Shown here piece by piece: positions 1 through 5,484 of a stretch of DNA of 5,484 bases. Where the stretch lies: IMG/VR virus record IMGVR_UViG_2657244940_000006; one strand, given 5' to 3'. The notes under the pieces were generated by a model, which was not told the origin of the DNA, did not search any database, and saw only the letters and a program-made list of their open reading frames with translations. The position numbers were made by a program, and so were the translations under genes. The stretch is from a virus. Taxonomy: Duplodnaviria > Heunggongvirae > Uroviricota > Caudoviricetes. The stretch's first letter is position 1. The number at the start of each line of letters is the position of its first letter.

Positions 1-42
1 GGAAAGCTATAAGCCGCAACTGGCTGAAGGTAGCGGGCGCAC

Positions 43-567
43 TCAGACCGTGCGCATGGTGCTGATTACCAGCAGCACGGACAATGTCACCTCTGTAGAG
101 CGGTTTCCGCTGGGTGAGTTATGCCTGTTGAAAAAATCAACGATAGCGTGGAGCGCGACTGAGCGCATTGCGTCCTTTTCAAAAAGGATCTCATGGTACG
201 CACCTTTAATTACCAACGGCCGTCCTCCTTCGACAGGATGGCCCGCAGCGGTGCGTAGTTCACAAAAACGGTCGTGCATGCGGTTATCAACAAACTGATG
301 GTTTTCATTGATAATGCGGGACCAGCCATCAACGCCAACCACCGGAACGATGCCGTTCTGCTTGTCAGGGAAGGCGTAAATTTCTTTCGTCCAGGGATTA
401 AGGCCGTACTGGTTGGCGACGATCAACAATGCGATAAATTGCGCATCGCTGGCATCACCTTTAAATGCCGTCTGGCGAAGAGTGGTGATTAGTTCCTGTG
501 GGTCGACAGAATCCATGCCGACACGTTCAGCCAGCTTCCCTGCCAGCGTTGCGAGTGCTGTACTCAT
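43..567 (-). CDS. bet: Bet (Red-beta) single-strand annealing protein, N-terminal ~90 aa only; C-terminal ~85 aa unrelated to lambda Bet (chimeric or truncated bet, possibly a pseudogene)
   Basis: Residues 1-89 (MSTALATLAGKLAERVGMDSVDPQELITTLRQTAFKGDASDAQFIALLIVANQYGLNPWTKEIYAFPDKQNGIVPVVGVDGWSRIINEN) match my recollection of lambda Bet almost exactly; QF at 91-92 also agrees, then similarity is lost (junction about nt 290-300). ORF is 174 aa versus 261 aa for lambda Bet. Start lies 5 nt downstream of the gam stop, as in lambda. AGAGG Shine-Dalgarno-like motif upstream of the ATG. Confidence 0.6.
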   Translation of the reverse strand: MSTALATLAGKLAERVGMDSVDPQELITTLRQTAFKGDASDAQFIALLIVANQYGLNPWTKEIYAFPDKQNGIVPVVGVDGWSRIINENHQFVDNRMHDRFCELRTAAGHPVEGGRPLVIKGAYHEILFEKDAMRSVALHAIVDFFNRHNSPSGNRSTEVTLSVLLVISTMRTV

Positions 568-572
568 CCGTT

Positions 573-869
573 TTATACCTCTGAATCAATATTAATTTGG
601 TGACGGGCGATGGTTTCAGCCATGTAGCGGATGTGTTCTGCCATGCGTTCCTGAAAATCGACATCGTCATCAAATGCACGGGAAATAGCTTTTTTGCTGG
701 CCCCGTGACGTTGCAGATTATCGATGCATAGCGATTCAAACAGGTGTTGGGGCAGACCTTTTTCCAGGTCGTCTGCCAGCTCAGCTTCAGTTTCTTCACG
801 GGCAATTTGCTGGTAGTGTCGTGCCCATGACTGCTCTTCAATGCGATCGGGGATAAGCCAGGCATTCAT
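573..869 (-). CDS. gam: Host-nuclease (RecBCD) inhibitor Gam, short 98-aa form
   Basis: Protein [98 protein letters not shown] is near-identical over its length to the C-terminal 98 aa (GamS form) of lambda Gam as I recall it. Strong RBS GGAGGTGA about 8 nt upstream of the ATG. The ATG overlaps the stop of the upstream 690-aa gene (ATGA at 866..869). Confidence 0.9.
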   Translation of the reverse strand: MNAWLIPDRIEEQSWARHYQQIAREETEAELADDLEKGLPQHLFESLCIDNLQRHGASKKAISRAFDDDVDFQERMAEHIRYMAETIARHQINIDSEV

Positions 870-2938
870 GATTTATCACCTCCGAAATTTTCAAGCCTGT
901 TGGCAATCATGATGGCGATATCAGGGATTGCTGGCGCTGTGGCTATACATGCGGGGTTGGCGCACAAACCATAGACGGCGGCAATCACGAGCTGTCTTTT
1001 CCAGTCGAGAGTTACTGGCTCAGAATTGGCGTCATCGCCGGACGTATCACTGCCTGGCTCGTTCTGAACAACGGTTTCGCCCTCCTGAGCGGCATCAACA
1101 GAGTTTTCCTGAATGATCTTCTCCTCAGTTTGTGCTGAGTCTTCTCCATCAGCGGCGTCATTTTCTCCAAAAGTTTCTGTGTAAGTGCTATCGCCCATTA
1201 CCGCACTACAGTCAGGGCAGTTACCCCCGCCAGTCTGACCACAGACGCGGCAGTTTTTTTCCAGCTCCGGTTGCGCTACTGGCCCTGGCTGTTGCTCTTC
1301 TGGCCCGTTTTGTTGCGTATCCGGGCTGTTTTGTCCCGCTTCTGGGGCAATTTGTTCCACTTTGGACTGATTCTGGTCCTCAGTGTCGCGAGTCTGGATC
1401 CCCTTCACCCACTTCGGATCAGCAGGGTTACTGATGCCTTCAACGAATTCTCCACGCGAGGCAGCCAGTAATTTGTCGGCATCGACTGGATTTTTTGGGG
1501 GGATGTTTTCCCTGGCTTTATTGAGTTCCTCCCTCAGTTCCTGGTATTTCGTTTCTACAGATGAGACATTTTCCAGTGATTGCGTGTCCTCATTATGTTT
1601 AACTGGAATTTCTTCCACTGATTCAGGCGCTGCCTGTTCATTAGCCATTGTGTCCGATGCTTGTTGCTTTTCTTCATCGCCATGTTTTCCTTCTGCTGTT
1701 CCGCGCTGCGGCATCGGTGCTGATGAGCGACCGCAGGCAATTTCCACGATTTCCGGATCCGGGTTAGCGTGATCGGTTTCGGTCAACACTTTGTTGAGAT
1801 ATTCAGTCACGCGTGCCGGGATGGCCTCAATGCCGATTGGTGCTTCTTTCACGGAAGCCACCACAATGGCGCGGGAATAATCCAGCCCACCGGGCATGGC
1901 GATAAATTTGTCGCGAAAAACAGAAAAGGGCGGCTTATTCTCTGACACGATTTCTTCAACGCGTTTTGCGTGTGCTGGGTGCAGGTTATAAATATCCACA
2001 TCCATTGAACGGGCCAGAACGCCGGTGGCTACATCTCGTGCGAGTGATGTCTTATCATGTTTGAATCCTTCACCACGATCGGTAATATTTCCGCCGCCAG
2101 CGTTAGCACCGGAAGGCGTACGGGTAATGCCTGAAACATAATTTCCGTTCTGCCATTCTTTTGTCAGCAGGCCCTGATCAAGGTAGTCAGTTTTCATCCA
2201 GGTGGAAATGAACTTGTCGAATTCAGCCGGGCTGATGCGATGATTTGCAGAGTGGGGGAATGCTTTCCCTACAGATTCAGCCAGGCGACTAAGGTGATAG
2301 TTCGTCAGTTTATCCAGTTCATGATGCGCGGCGCGCACAGCAGTAAGCAGGCTCTGAAGGTAACTGTCCTCTGTGTCCATCTCCATACGGATCACGTTAT
2401 TGCGTTGTTCTGGTGTGGCATGATGCCGGTATTTTCCATCTTCATCTTTGCTGAATAAGAAGAGGTGAAGGAAGCGATGAGTAAGGCTCAGAGTGGCGAC
2501 GGGAATTTCACACTCAGAACAGTCATCGTCGCTGTCCGGGGATTCGCTTTTCTCCACATCATCCGGAATAGTTCCGTCCAGGTTATCGTTGTCATCGCCA
2601 GCAGTTGTGGCATCTTCACCGTTGATGTTGTCATCGAAGGGGATAGCCATCATGGTGATGCCATCGTTACCGCCTTTTTCATAGCGGTTGCAGAATTCAG
2701 TATCAAACACGCCTTCCGGTGGAAGGTCATTCACAACGGGTAAATGGACGCGGATGGGTTTTTTAAAATCCTCTTCGTCAAATCCGGCATCGTCCATTGC
2801 AGCAACACCGCGTGATATTGCAACCGATAATTTTTTTGCTGTGCGCCAGTAAAAACCACCTTTAATCCCAAGGCGTTTTCTGACTTTGTCATTTTTGGCT
2901 TCGTAATATAGTGCAATTTCTTCTTTATCAGCGTTCAT
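866..2938 (-). CDS. Large (690 aa) highly acidic hypothetical protein with CxxC-x7-CxxC zinc-ribbon-like motif and hydrophobic C-terminal segment; occupies the kil / ydfE position between ydfD and gam
   Basis: Uninterrupted 2073-nt ORF; ATG at 2936..2938 preceded by GAGG about 7 nt upstream; stop overlaps gam start. Composition: D/E-rich low-complexity tracts (aa ~100-145 and ~415-645), a central less biased segment (aa ~145-400), Cys563-x2-Cys566-x7-Cys574-x2-Cys577 (nt 1208..1252), a further CxxC at aa 140-143, and a hydrophobic stretch aa ~648-680. No family recognised from memory. Confidence 0.8.
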   Translation of the reverse strand: MNADKEEIALYYEAKNDKVRKRLGIKGGFYWRTAKKLSVAISRGVAAMDDAGFDEEDFKKPIRVHLPVVNDLPPEGVFDTEFCNRYEKGGNDGITMMAIPFDDNINGEDATTAGDDNDNLDGTIPDDVEKSESPDSDDDCSECEIPVATLSLTHRFLHLFLFSKDEDGKYRHHATPEQRNNVIRMEMDTEDSYLQSLLTAVRAAHHELDKLTNYHLSRLAESVGKAFPHSANHRISPAEFDKFISTWMKTDYLDQGLLTKEWQNGNYVSGITRTPSGANAGGGNITDRGEGFKHDKTSLARDVATGVLARSMDVDIYNLHPAHAKRVEEIVSENKPPFSVFRDKFIAMPGGLDYSRAIVVASVKEAPIGIEAIPARVTEYLNKVLTETDHANPDPEIVEIACGRSSAPMPQRGTAEGKHGDEEKQQASDTMANEQAAPESVEEIPVKHNEDTQSLENVSSVETKYQELREELNKARENIPPKNPVDADKLLAASRGEFVEGISNPADPKWVKGIQTRDTEDQNQSKVEQIAPEAGQNSPDTQQNGPEEQQPGPVAQPELEKNCRVCGQTGGGNCPDCSAVMGDSTYTETFGENDAADGEDSAQTEEKIIQENSVDAAQEGETVVQNEPGSDTSGDDANSEPVTLDWKRQLVIAAVYGLCANPACIATAPAIPDIAIMIANRLENFGGDKS

Positions 2939-3030
2939 TGATAAACCTCATAACCATTTTAAGGATGAACAAATTCCTGCCATTGCTGGCATTTTTAATC
3001 CGTTGGTATGGCGTTAATATGGCTGGCGGG

Positions 3031-3219
3031 TTATCCAGCCGGTGTTTCGTTATTCAGGTACAGCGATACTTTTTTTAACGGGAGGCATTCACCGGGGATT
3101 TTTTGTTCGTCCCTTACCTGAATGCAGGATGACTTACTGTCATAAATTCCGGTAATCACATTCTGCGGCTCACCCGTTATAAGAAAAACGGTCATTATCA
3201 GTGCAAACGCTGAAGTCAC
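3031..3219 (-). CDS. ydfD: YdfD-like small membrane (lysis-associated) protein, 62 aa
   Basis: Immediately downstream of dicB with a 4-nt overlap (GTGA; GTG start at 3217..3219, GGAG about 9 nt upstream). Hydrophobic N-terminus (MTSAFALIMTVFLITG) consistent with a single transmembrane helix. Size and position match the K-12 Qin dicB-ydfD arrangement. The alternative ATG at 3193..3195 lacks an RBS. Confidence 0.55.
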   Translation of the reverse strand: MTSAFALIMTVFLITGEPQNVITGIYDSKSSCIQVRDEQKIPGECLPLKKVSLYLNNETPAG

Positions 3220-3404
3220 TGCTGTTCTCCGATAATACCAAGTTCAAGAAGGGCAATTCTGGAAAGTATGGAATTATCATTGAGAAGATAAGGTTCATAT
3301 TTTCTCATCTTAATGGCATCTTCAGTAAACTCCCGGTTACTGAGCAGAACTCCAATATCAAAACAACCTTCAGACGTATTAACGTTTGGTAATAACGTTT
3401 CCAT
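3216..3404 (-). CDS. dicB: Cell division inhibitor DicB homolog, 62 aa
   Basis: Protein METLLPNVNTSEGCFDIGVLLSNREFTEDAIKMRKYEPYLLNDNSILSRIALLELGIIGEQQ; the N-terminal ~33 aa closely match my recollection of K-12 DicB (MKTLLPNVNTSEGCFEIGV...TEDAI), the C-terminal third diverges. RBS GAGGA 7 nt upstream of the ATG at 3402..3404. The supplied ORF 3216..3551 is an artefactual N-terminal extension running through the dicF-dicB spacer. Confidence 0.85.
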   Translation of the reverse strand: METLLPNVNTSEGCFDIGVLLSNREFTEDAIKMRKYEPYLLNDNSILSRIALLELGIIGEQQ

Positions 3405-3575
3405 TATCGCGTCCTCAACAATGAATTTTGTGATGCAGTGCCTGGTGCCTCCAGGTGACGTTAACCAGTTAACAACTAACGCCGGGTCAGGGGACGATGA
3501 CTTTCCGTGACATCCTGTCGGTTTAACTGTTCCGCGTGCGCATAGCCGCATTCACCGCATCACAAAATTCACTTT

Positions 3576-3616
3576 AAAAAGGGCGGACATCAGCAATCGG
3601 CAAACCGATGTCCGCC
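3576..3616 (-). terminator. Rho-independent terminator hairpin (10-bp perfect stem GGCGGACAUC / GAUGUCCGCC, 15-nt loop, then C + U5) at the DicF-like RNA 3' end
   Basis: Seen directly: plus-strand 3582..3591 ggcggacatc and 3607..3616 gatgtccgcc are reverse complements; the T-run on the minus strand corresponds to plus-strand a-run 3576..3580. On the plus strand the hairpin is not followed by a T-run, so termination is orientation-specific. Confidence 0.65.
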
Positions 3617-3632
3617 AAGGGCTACACACAGC
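3576..3632 (-). ncRNA. dicF: DicF-like small RNA (divergent variant); 3' end defined by an intrinsic terminator; 5' end approximate
   Basis: Minus-strand sequence ...GUGUGUAGCCCUUGGCGGACAUCGGUUUGCCGAUUGCUGAUGUCCGCCCUUUUU, followed by AAAGTGAATTTTGTGATG...GGTGAATGCGGCT...GCGCACGCGGAACAG, which matches the dicF-dicB spacer of K-12 as I recall it. The RNA body keeps the UUGGCGG...CCGCCCUUUUU framework of DicF but differs internally. Lies about 170 nt upstream of dicB, as in Qin. Confidence 0.5.
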
Positions 3633-3699
3633 AATGTTGTTATTCACAACCGGAAGCGCACGGTCGAAGAAATCTAACGACAAGCCTTCAATGGGAAAG

Positions 3700-3855
3700 A
3701 GTCTTCGCCGTGCACTTTCGTGTTGTACCCTGGCTTTCAGGGTAATGTCTGTTCAGTAAACTGAGAGTGCCGGAACTTACCCGTGTCCGGCGCACGATCT
3801 CCACCTCACCCGTGGAGAACTCCTCAACTACAAACCCCGTAAGGAGAGTGAGTTT
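3700..3855 (+). promoter_or_regulatory. Putative promoter and structured 5' leader of the plus-strand small gene (two hairpins 3767..3793 and 3798..3818 upstream of the RBS)
   Basis: Seen in sequence: inverted repeats gtgccgga/tccggcgc (8-bp stem with one G-U, 11-nt loop) and tctccac/gtggaga (7-bp stem, 7-nt loop) followed by AAGGAGAG. Only weak sigma70-like hexamers (TTGTAC ... TAATGT with 14-nt spacing, about 3723..3748). Promoter assignment is speculative. Confidence 0.25.
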
Positions 3856-4065
3856 ATGACACAAGAAGAAAAAGTGATGTTTCTGATGCGGCTGGCTGTC
3901 GATACCTACAACACACAATTCAGGGAGAAAGATATACCTCAAAAGGCAGTTCCTGCCGCGGTAGATAAGGGCGGTGCTATTGCCGTATTTTACGATGCAT
4001 TTGAATCATTTTTTAATGAAAAACTCGACGCTGTTAGCGGCTTCGGAACATCGAGTAATAAATAA
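3856..4065 (+). CDS. Small hypothetical protein (69 aa), opposite orientation to the surrounding operon
   Basis: ATG at 3856 preceded by a strong Shine-Dalgarno AAGGAGAG (3841..3848) with 7-nt spacing; TAA stop at 4063..4065. Protein MTQEEKVMFLMRLAVDTYNTQFREKDIPQKAVPAAVDKGGAIAVFYDAFESFFNEKLDAVSGFGTSSNK has no recognised family. Its 3' end overlaps by 32 nt the 3' end of the convergent minus-strand ORF 4034..4393. Confidence 0.6.
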   Translation: MTQEEKVMFLMRLAVDTYNTQFREKDIPQKAVPAAVDKGGAIAVFYDAFESFFNEKLDAVSGFGTSSNK

Positions 4066-4393
4066 CGTTCATTACGGTTCTTAAACAACAATCAGTGGGC
4101 TTGATGTTGTTCTTTTCAAGCTCACTTGCCATCACTTCCATTATTCTTGCACTTACACGAATTATTTGGTGGCTGTAAGCGATGCAACTGTCGCTGATAT
4201 TGCTGTTTATTTCTATTACTTCATTTTCACCATTAGCATCAACTTCGGATGCGCTGTTTTCATTATCCTGTTTCAGTGCTTTTTCTGCCATCTGGATGCG
4301 TGTCAGCGTTGCGGAATTTGGGCTAAGTCGATAAACCTGTCTGGCATCTTCCAGAAGCAGGGCGATAATGTGCTTCAGTTCTGTTTCGTTCAT
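4034..4393 (-). CDS. Hypothetical early protein (~119 aa from ATG at 4391..4393)
   Basis: The supplied ORF 4034..4414 begins with a TTG; the first ATG (4391..4393) has GGAG about 8 nt upstream. Acidic central tract (DNENSASEVDANGENEVIEINSN). The C-terminal end overlaps the plus-strand gene, so the true 3' end is uncertain. Confidence 0.5.
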   Translation of the reverse strand: MNETELKHIIALLLEDARQVYRLSPNSATLTRIQMAEKALKQDNENSASEVDANGENEVIEINSNISDSCIAYSHQIIRVSARIMEVMASELEKNNIKPTDCCLRTVMNVIYYSMFRSR

Positions 4394-4424
4394 AGTTAAC
4401 TCCGGTAGTTGCAATTTATTAATA

Positions 4425-4730
4425 TCAGGCGGTCAGCTCTTTAAGCTTCTGAACTGCTTTATTCATTTCATCCATACAGTCGATGAATTCGTCCAGTTTA
4501 AGCTGCATTTTTCCGGCGGCCTGAAGAATTTCAAGTTTTAAGGGCGCAAGTTTTTTGTTGAATGCATCATCTTCCTGGCGTTTTTTCTCCGCAATTTCGG
4601 CGGCTTTCAGCAATTCTTCAGCCTGTTTTCTGAGTATTTCTGGTGAAGGTGAAACTGCTTTGAGGTTATTCATTTCAGGTTCCTGTTGTTGCAGAATTAA
4701 TTTGTTGCATTCTCTGCGTGAGCGTTTCAT
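4425..4730 (-). CDS. Hypothetical coiled-coil-like protein (101 aa)
   Basis: ATG at 4728..4730 overlaps the stop of the upstream gene (ATGA at 4727..4730), suggesting translational coupling. Sequence rich in K/E/A/L/Q heptad-like segments (EILRKQAEELLKAAEIAEKKRQ...). Alternative internal ATG at 4671..4673 with AGGA upstream. Confidence 0.6.
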   Translation of the reverse strand: MKRSRRECNKLILQQQEPEMNNLKAVSPSPEILRKQAEELLKAAEIAEKKRQEDDAFNKKLAPLKLEILQAAGKMQLKLDEFIDCMDEMNKAVQKLKELTA

Positions 4731-5137
4731 TGCAGATTCGCACTTCTTGCAATAAATGGCTCTCCCGTCACGCTTGCTGGCATCTGAATAAAAATCATTG
4801 ACTGATTTTGTCTGCCCGCATCTGGTACATAATTTTGATTGAAGGTCCTTAATGATTGTGACGTTTCCTTCCCGCTTGGGATATCCATATTTTTGTGGCG
4901 TAAAAAGGTTACTCCGTTACCAGAACCTTCTTTTCTGACCTTAAATACAATGATGCTTTCCCGTTTATCGATAAAATCGATGAGCTGGTTTCTCTCCTTT
5001 CCTGACAGTTCGGCAAATGTCTTAACTTTTTTAGTAACCTCAGTAAGGCGAACGCCGTCAGGCATTTTTTCAACGAAGTTTTTAATCTCTGCAAGCGGAC
5101 GCCATAATTTTTGCGGCAAAACTGAAGGCGTGGTCAT
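4727..5137 (-). CDS. Hypothetical early protein (136 aa from ATG at 5135..5137)
   Basis: The supplied ORF starts at TTG 5138..5140; the adjacent ATG at 5135..5137 has a strong RBS GAGGTGA about 5 nt upstream and lies 3 nt after the upstream gene stop (5141..5143). No family recognised. Confidence 0.6.
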   Translation of the reverse strand: MTTPSVLPQKLWRPLAEIKNFVEKMPDGVRLTEVTKKVKTFAELSGKERNQLIDFIDKRESIIVFKVRKEGSGNGVTFLRHKNMDIPSGKETSQSLRTFNQNYVPDAGRQNQSMIFIQMPASVTGEPFIARSANLQ

Positions 5138-5140
5138 CAA

Positions 5141-5484
5141 TCACCTCGCCGTCAGTTGTTTTGATTTCCGGTAGCCTGCCGCGTAAATGGCTACGTTTGG
5201 AAGACATACACCAGTTTCTGGTTGCTTATGTCCAAACTCATTCGCGTACACAATGGCTGCTCGCTCCAGATTGCGTCTGTATTCTTTCTGTTGCCAGATC
5301 ACGTCCTGTGCCATGAACTTAATTGGCTTAGCGTCTTCTATGCGCTCAGGCGTTTCGTGAGTACCTTTAGCCTGAATCTGCGCTCTGCTTAGAGTAGGGC
5401 GGTGTAATACTTCTGAACTTATTGCTTCTTCGCGGGCCAGCACGCCGTTAGCTAATGCCTTTGCCTTTAAACGCACACGACGAT
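5141..5484 (-). CDS. Hypothetical protein, 5'-truncated by the window edge (C-terminal >=111 aa)
   Basis: Reading frame is open to the window end at 5484; the supplied start at 5474..5476 is a GTG and probably internal. Stop at 5141..5143 is immediately followed by the RBS of the next gene. Confidence 0.5.
   Translation of the reverse strand, partial: RRVRLKAKALANGVLAREEAISSEVLHRPTLSRAQIQAKGTHETPERIEDAKPIKFMAQDVIWQQKEYRRNLERAAIVYANEFGHKQPETGVCLPNVAIYAAGYRKSKQLTAR

Noticed and set aside
50-492. Plus-strand ORFs 50..298, 274..492 and 413..595 antisense to bet
   Set aside because: Antisense to a region whose minus-strand translation matches Bet; no RBS; the translations are not protein-like.
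527-865. 112-aa minus-strand ORF overlapping gam in another frame
   Set aside because: It overlaps almost the entire gam CDS, whose product matches lambda Gam; the alternative-frame translation has no recognisable features.
928-2916. Multiple plus- and minus-strand ORFs of 61-129 aa inside the 690-aa gene (928..1116, 1132..1434, 1271..1471, 1383..1772, 1555..1740, 2240..2458, 2465..2743, 2493..2684, 2731..2916)
   Set aside because: All lie inside or antisense to the long uninterrupted 2073-nt ORF, have low-complexity or Ser/Cys/Arg-rich translations typical of out-of-frame reads, and lack convincing RBSs.
3021-3040. Hairpin ggctgg-cgggttat-ccagcc overlapping the ydfD stop codon, as a possible terminator
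   Set aside because: Only a 6-bp stem and not followed by a U-run on the minus strand; on the plus strand no gene lies upstream. At most a weak attenuator or RNA stability element.
3216-3551. 111-aa ORF as supplied, N-terminally extended form of dicB
   Set aside because: The extension (MRLCARGTVKPTGCHG...) covers the dicF-dicB spacer and has no RBS; the internal ATG at 3402..3404 has a GAGGA RBS and gives the 62-aa protein matching DicB.
3688-3942. 84-aa minus-strand ORF spanning the leader and start of the plus-strand gene
   Set aside because: The translation is compositionally odd (HHFFFLCH...), has no RBS, and is antisense to a plus-strand ORF with a near-consensus Shine-Dalgarno.
4166-5174. 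Plus-strand ORFs 4166..4399, 4555..4755, 4839..5174 and minus ORF 4909..5094
   Set aside because: Antisense or out of frame relative to the coupled minus-strand gene chain, with hydrophobic or low-complexity translations and no RBS.
1-5484. CRISPR arrays, tRNA/rRNA genes, IS elements, integrase or att sites
   Set aside because: No spaced direct repeats, no cloverleaf-compatible segments I could recognise, no terminal inverted repeats or transposase/integrase-like ORFs. The absence of tRNA is judged by eye and should be confirmed with tRNAscan-SE.

Overview
This window looks like a fragment of the early-left (pL-type) operon of a lambdoid, Qin-like prophage of an enterobacterium, with almost all genes on the minus strand. 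Reading in the direction of transcription (high to low coordinates): a chain of four tightly packed early genes of unknown function (5484..4034); one small plus-strand gene with a strong Shine-Dalgarno (3856..4065); a DicF-like small RNA with an intrinsic terminator (~3632..3576); a DicB cell-division-inhibitor homolog (3404..3216); a YdfD-like small membrane protein (3219..3031); a 690-aa highly acidic protein with a CxxC-x7-CxxC motif (2938..866) whose stop overlaps the gam start; a Gam homolog (869..573); and a Bet (Red-beta)-like ORF (567..43) whose first ~89-92 residues match lambda Bet but whose remainder is unrelated. The strongest candidate for an undescribed function is the 690-aa protein, which sits where lambda has kil and where K-12 Qin has ydfE. 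All family assignments rest on my recollection of lambda Bet/Gam and E. coli K-12 DicB/DicF/YdfD sequences and on synteny; no database search or folding was run. No tRNA, rRNA, CRISPR array, IS element or integrase was recognised.
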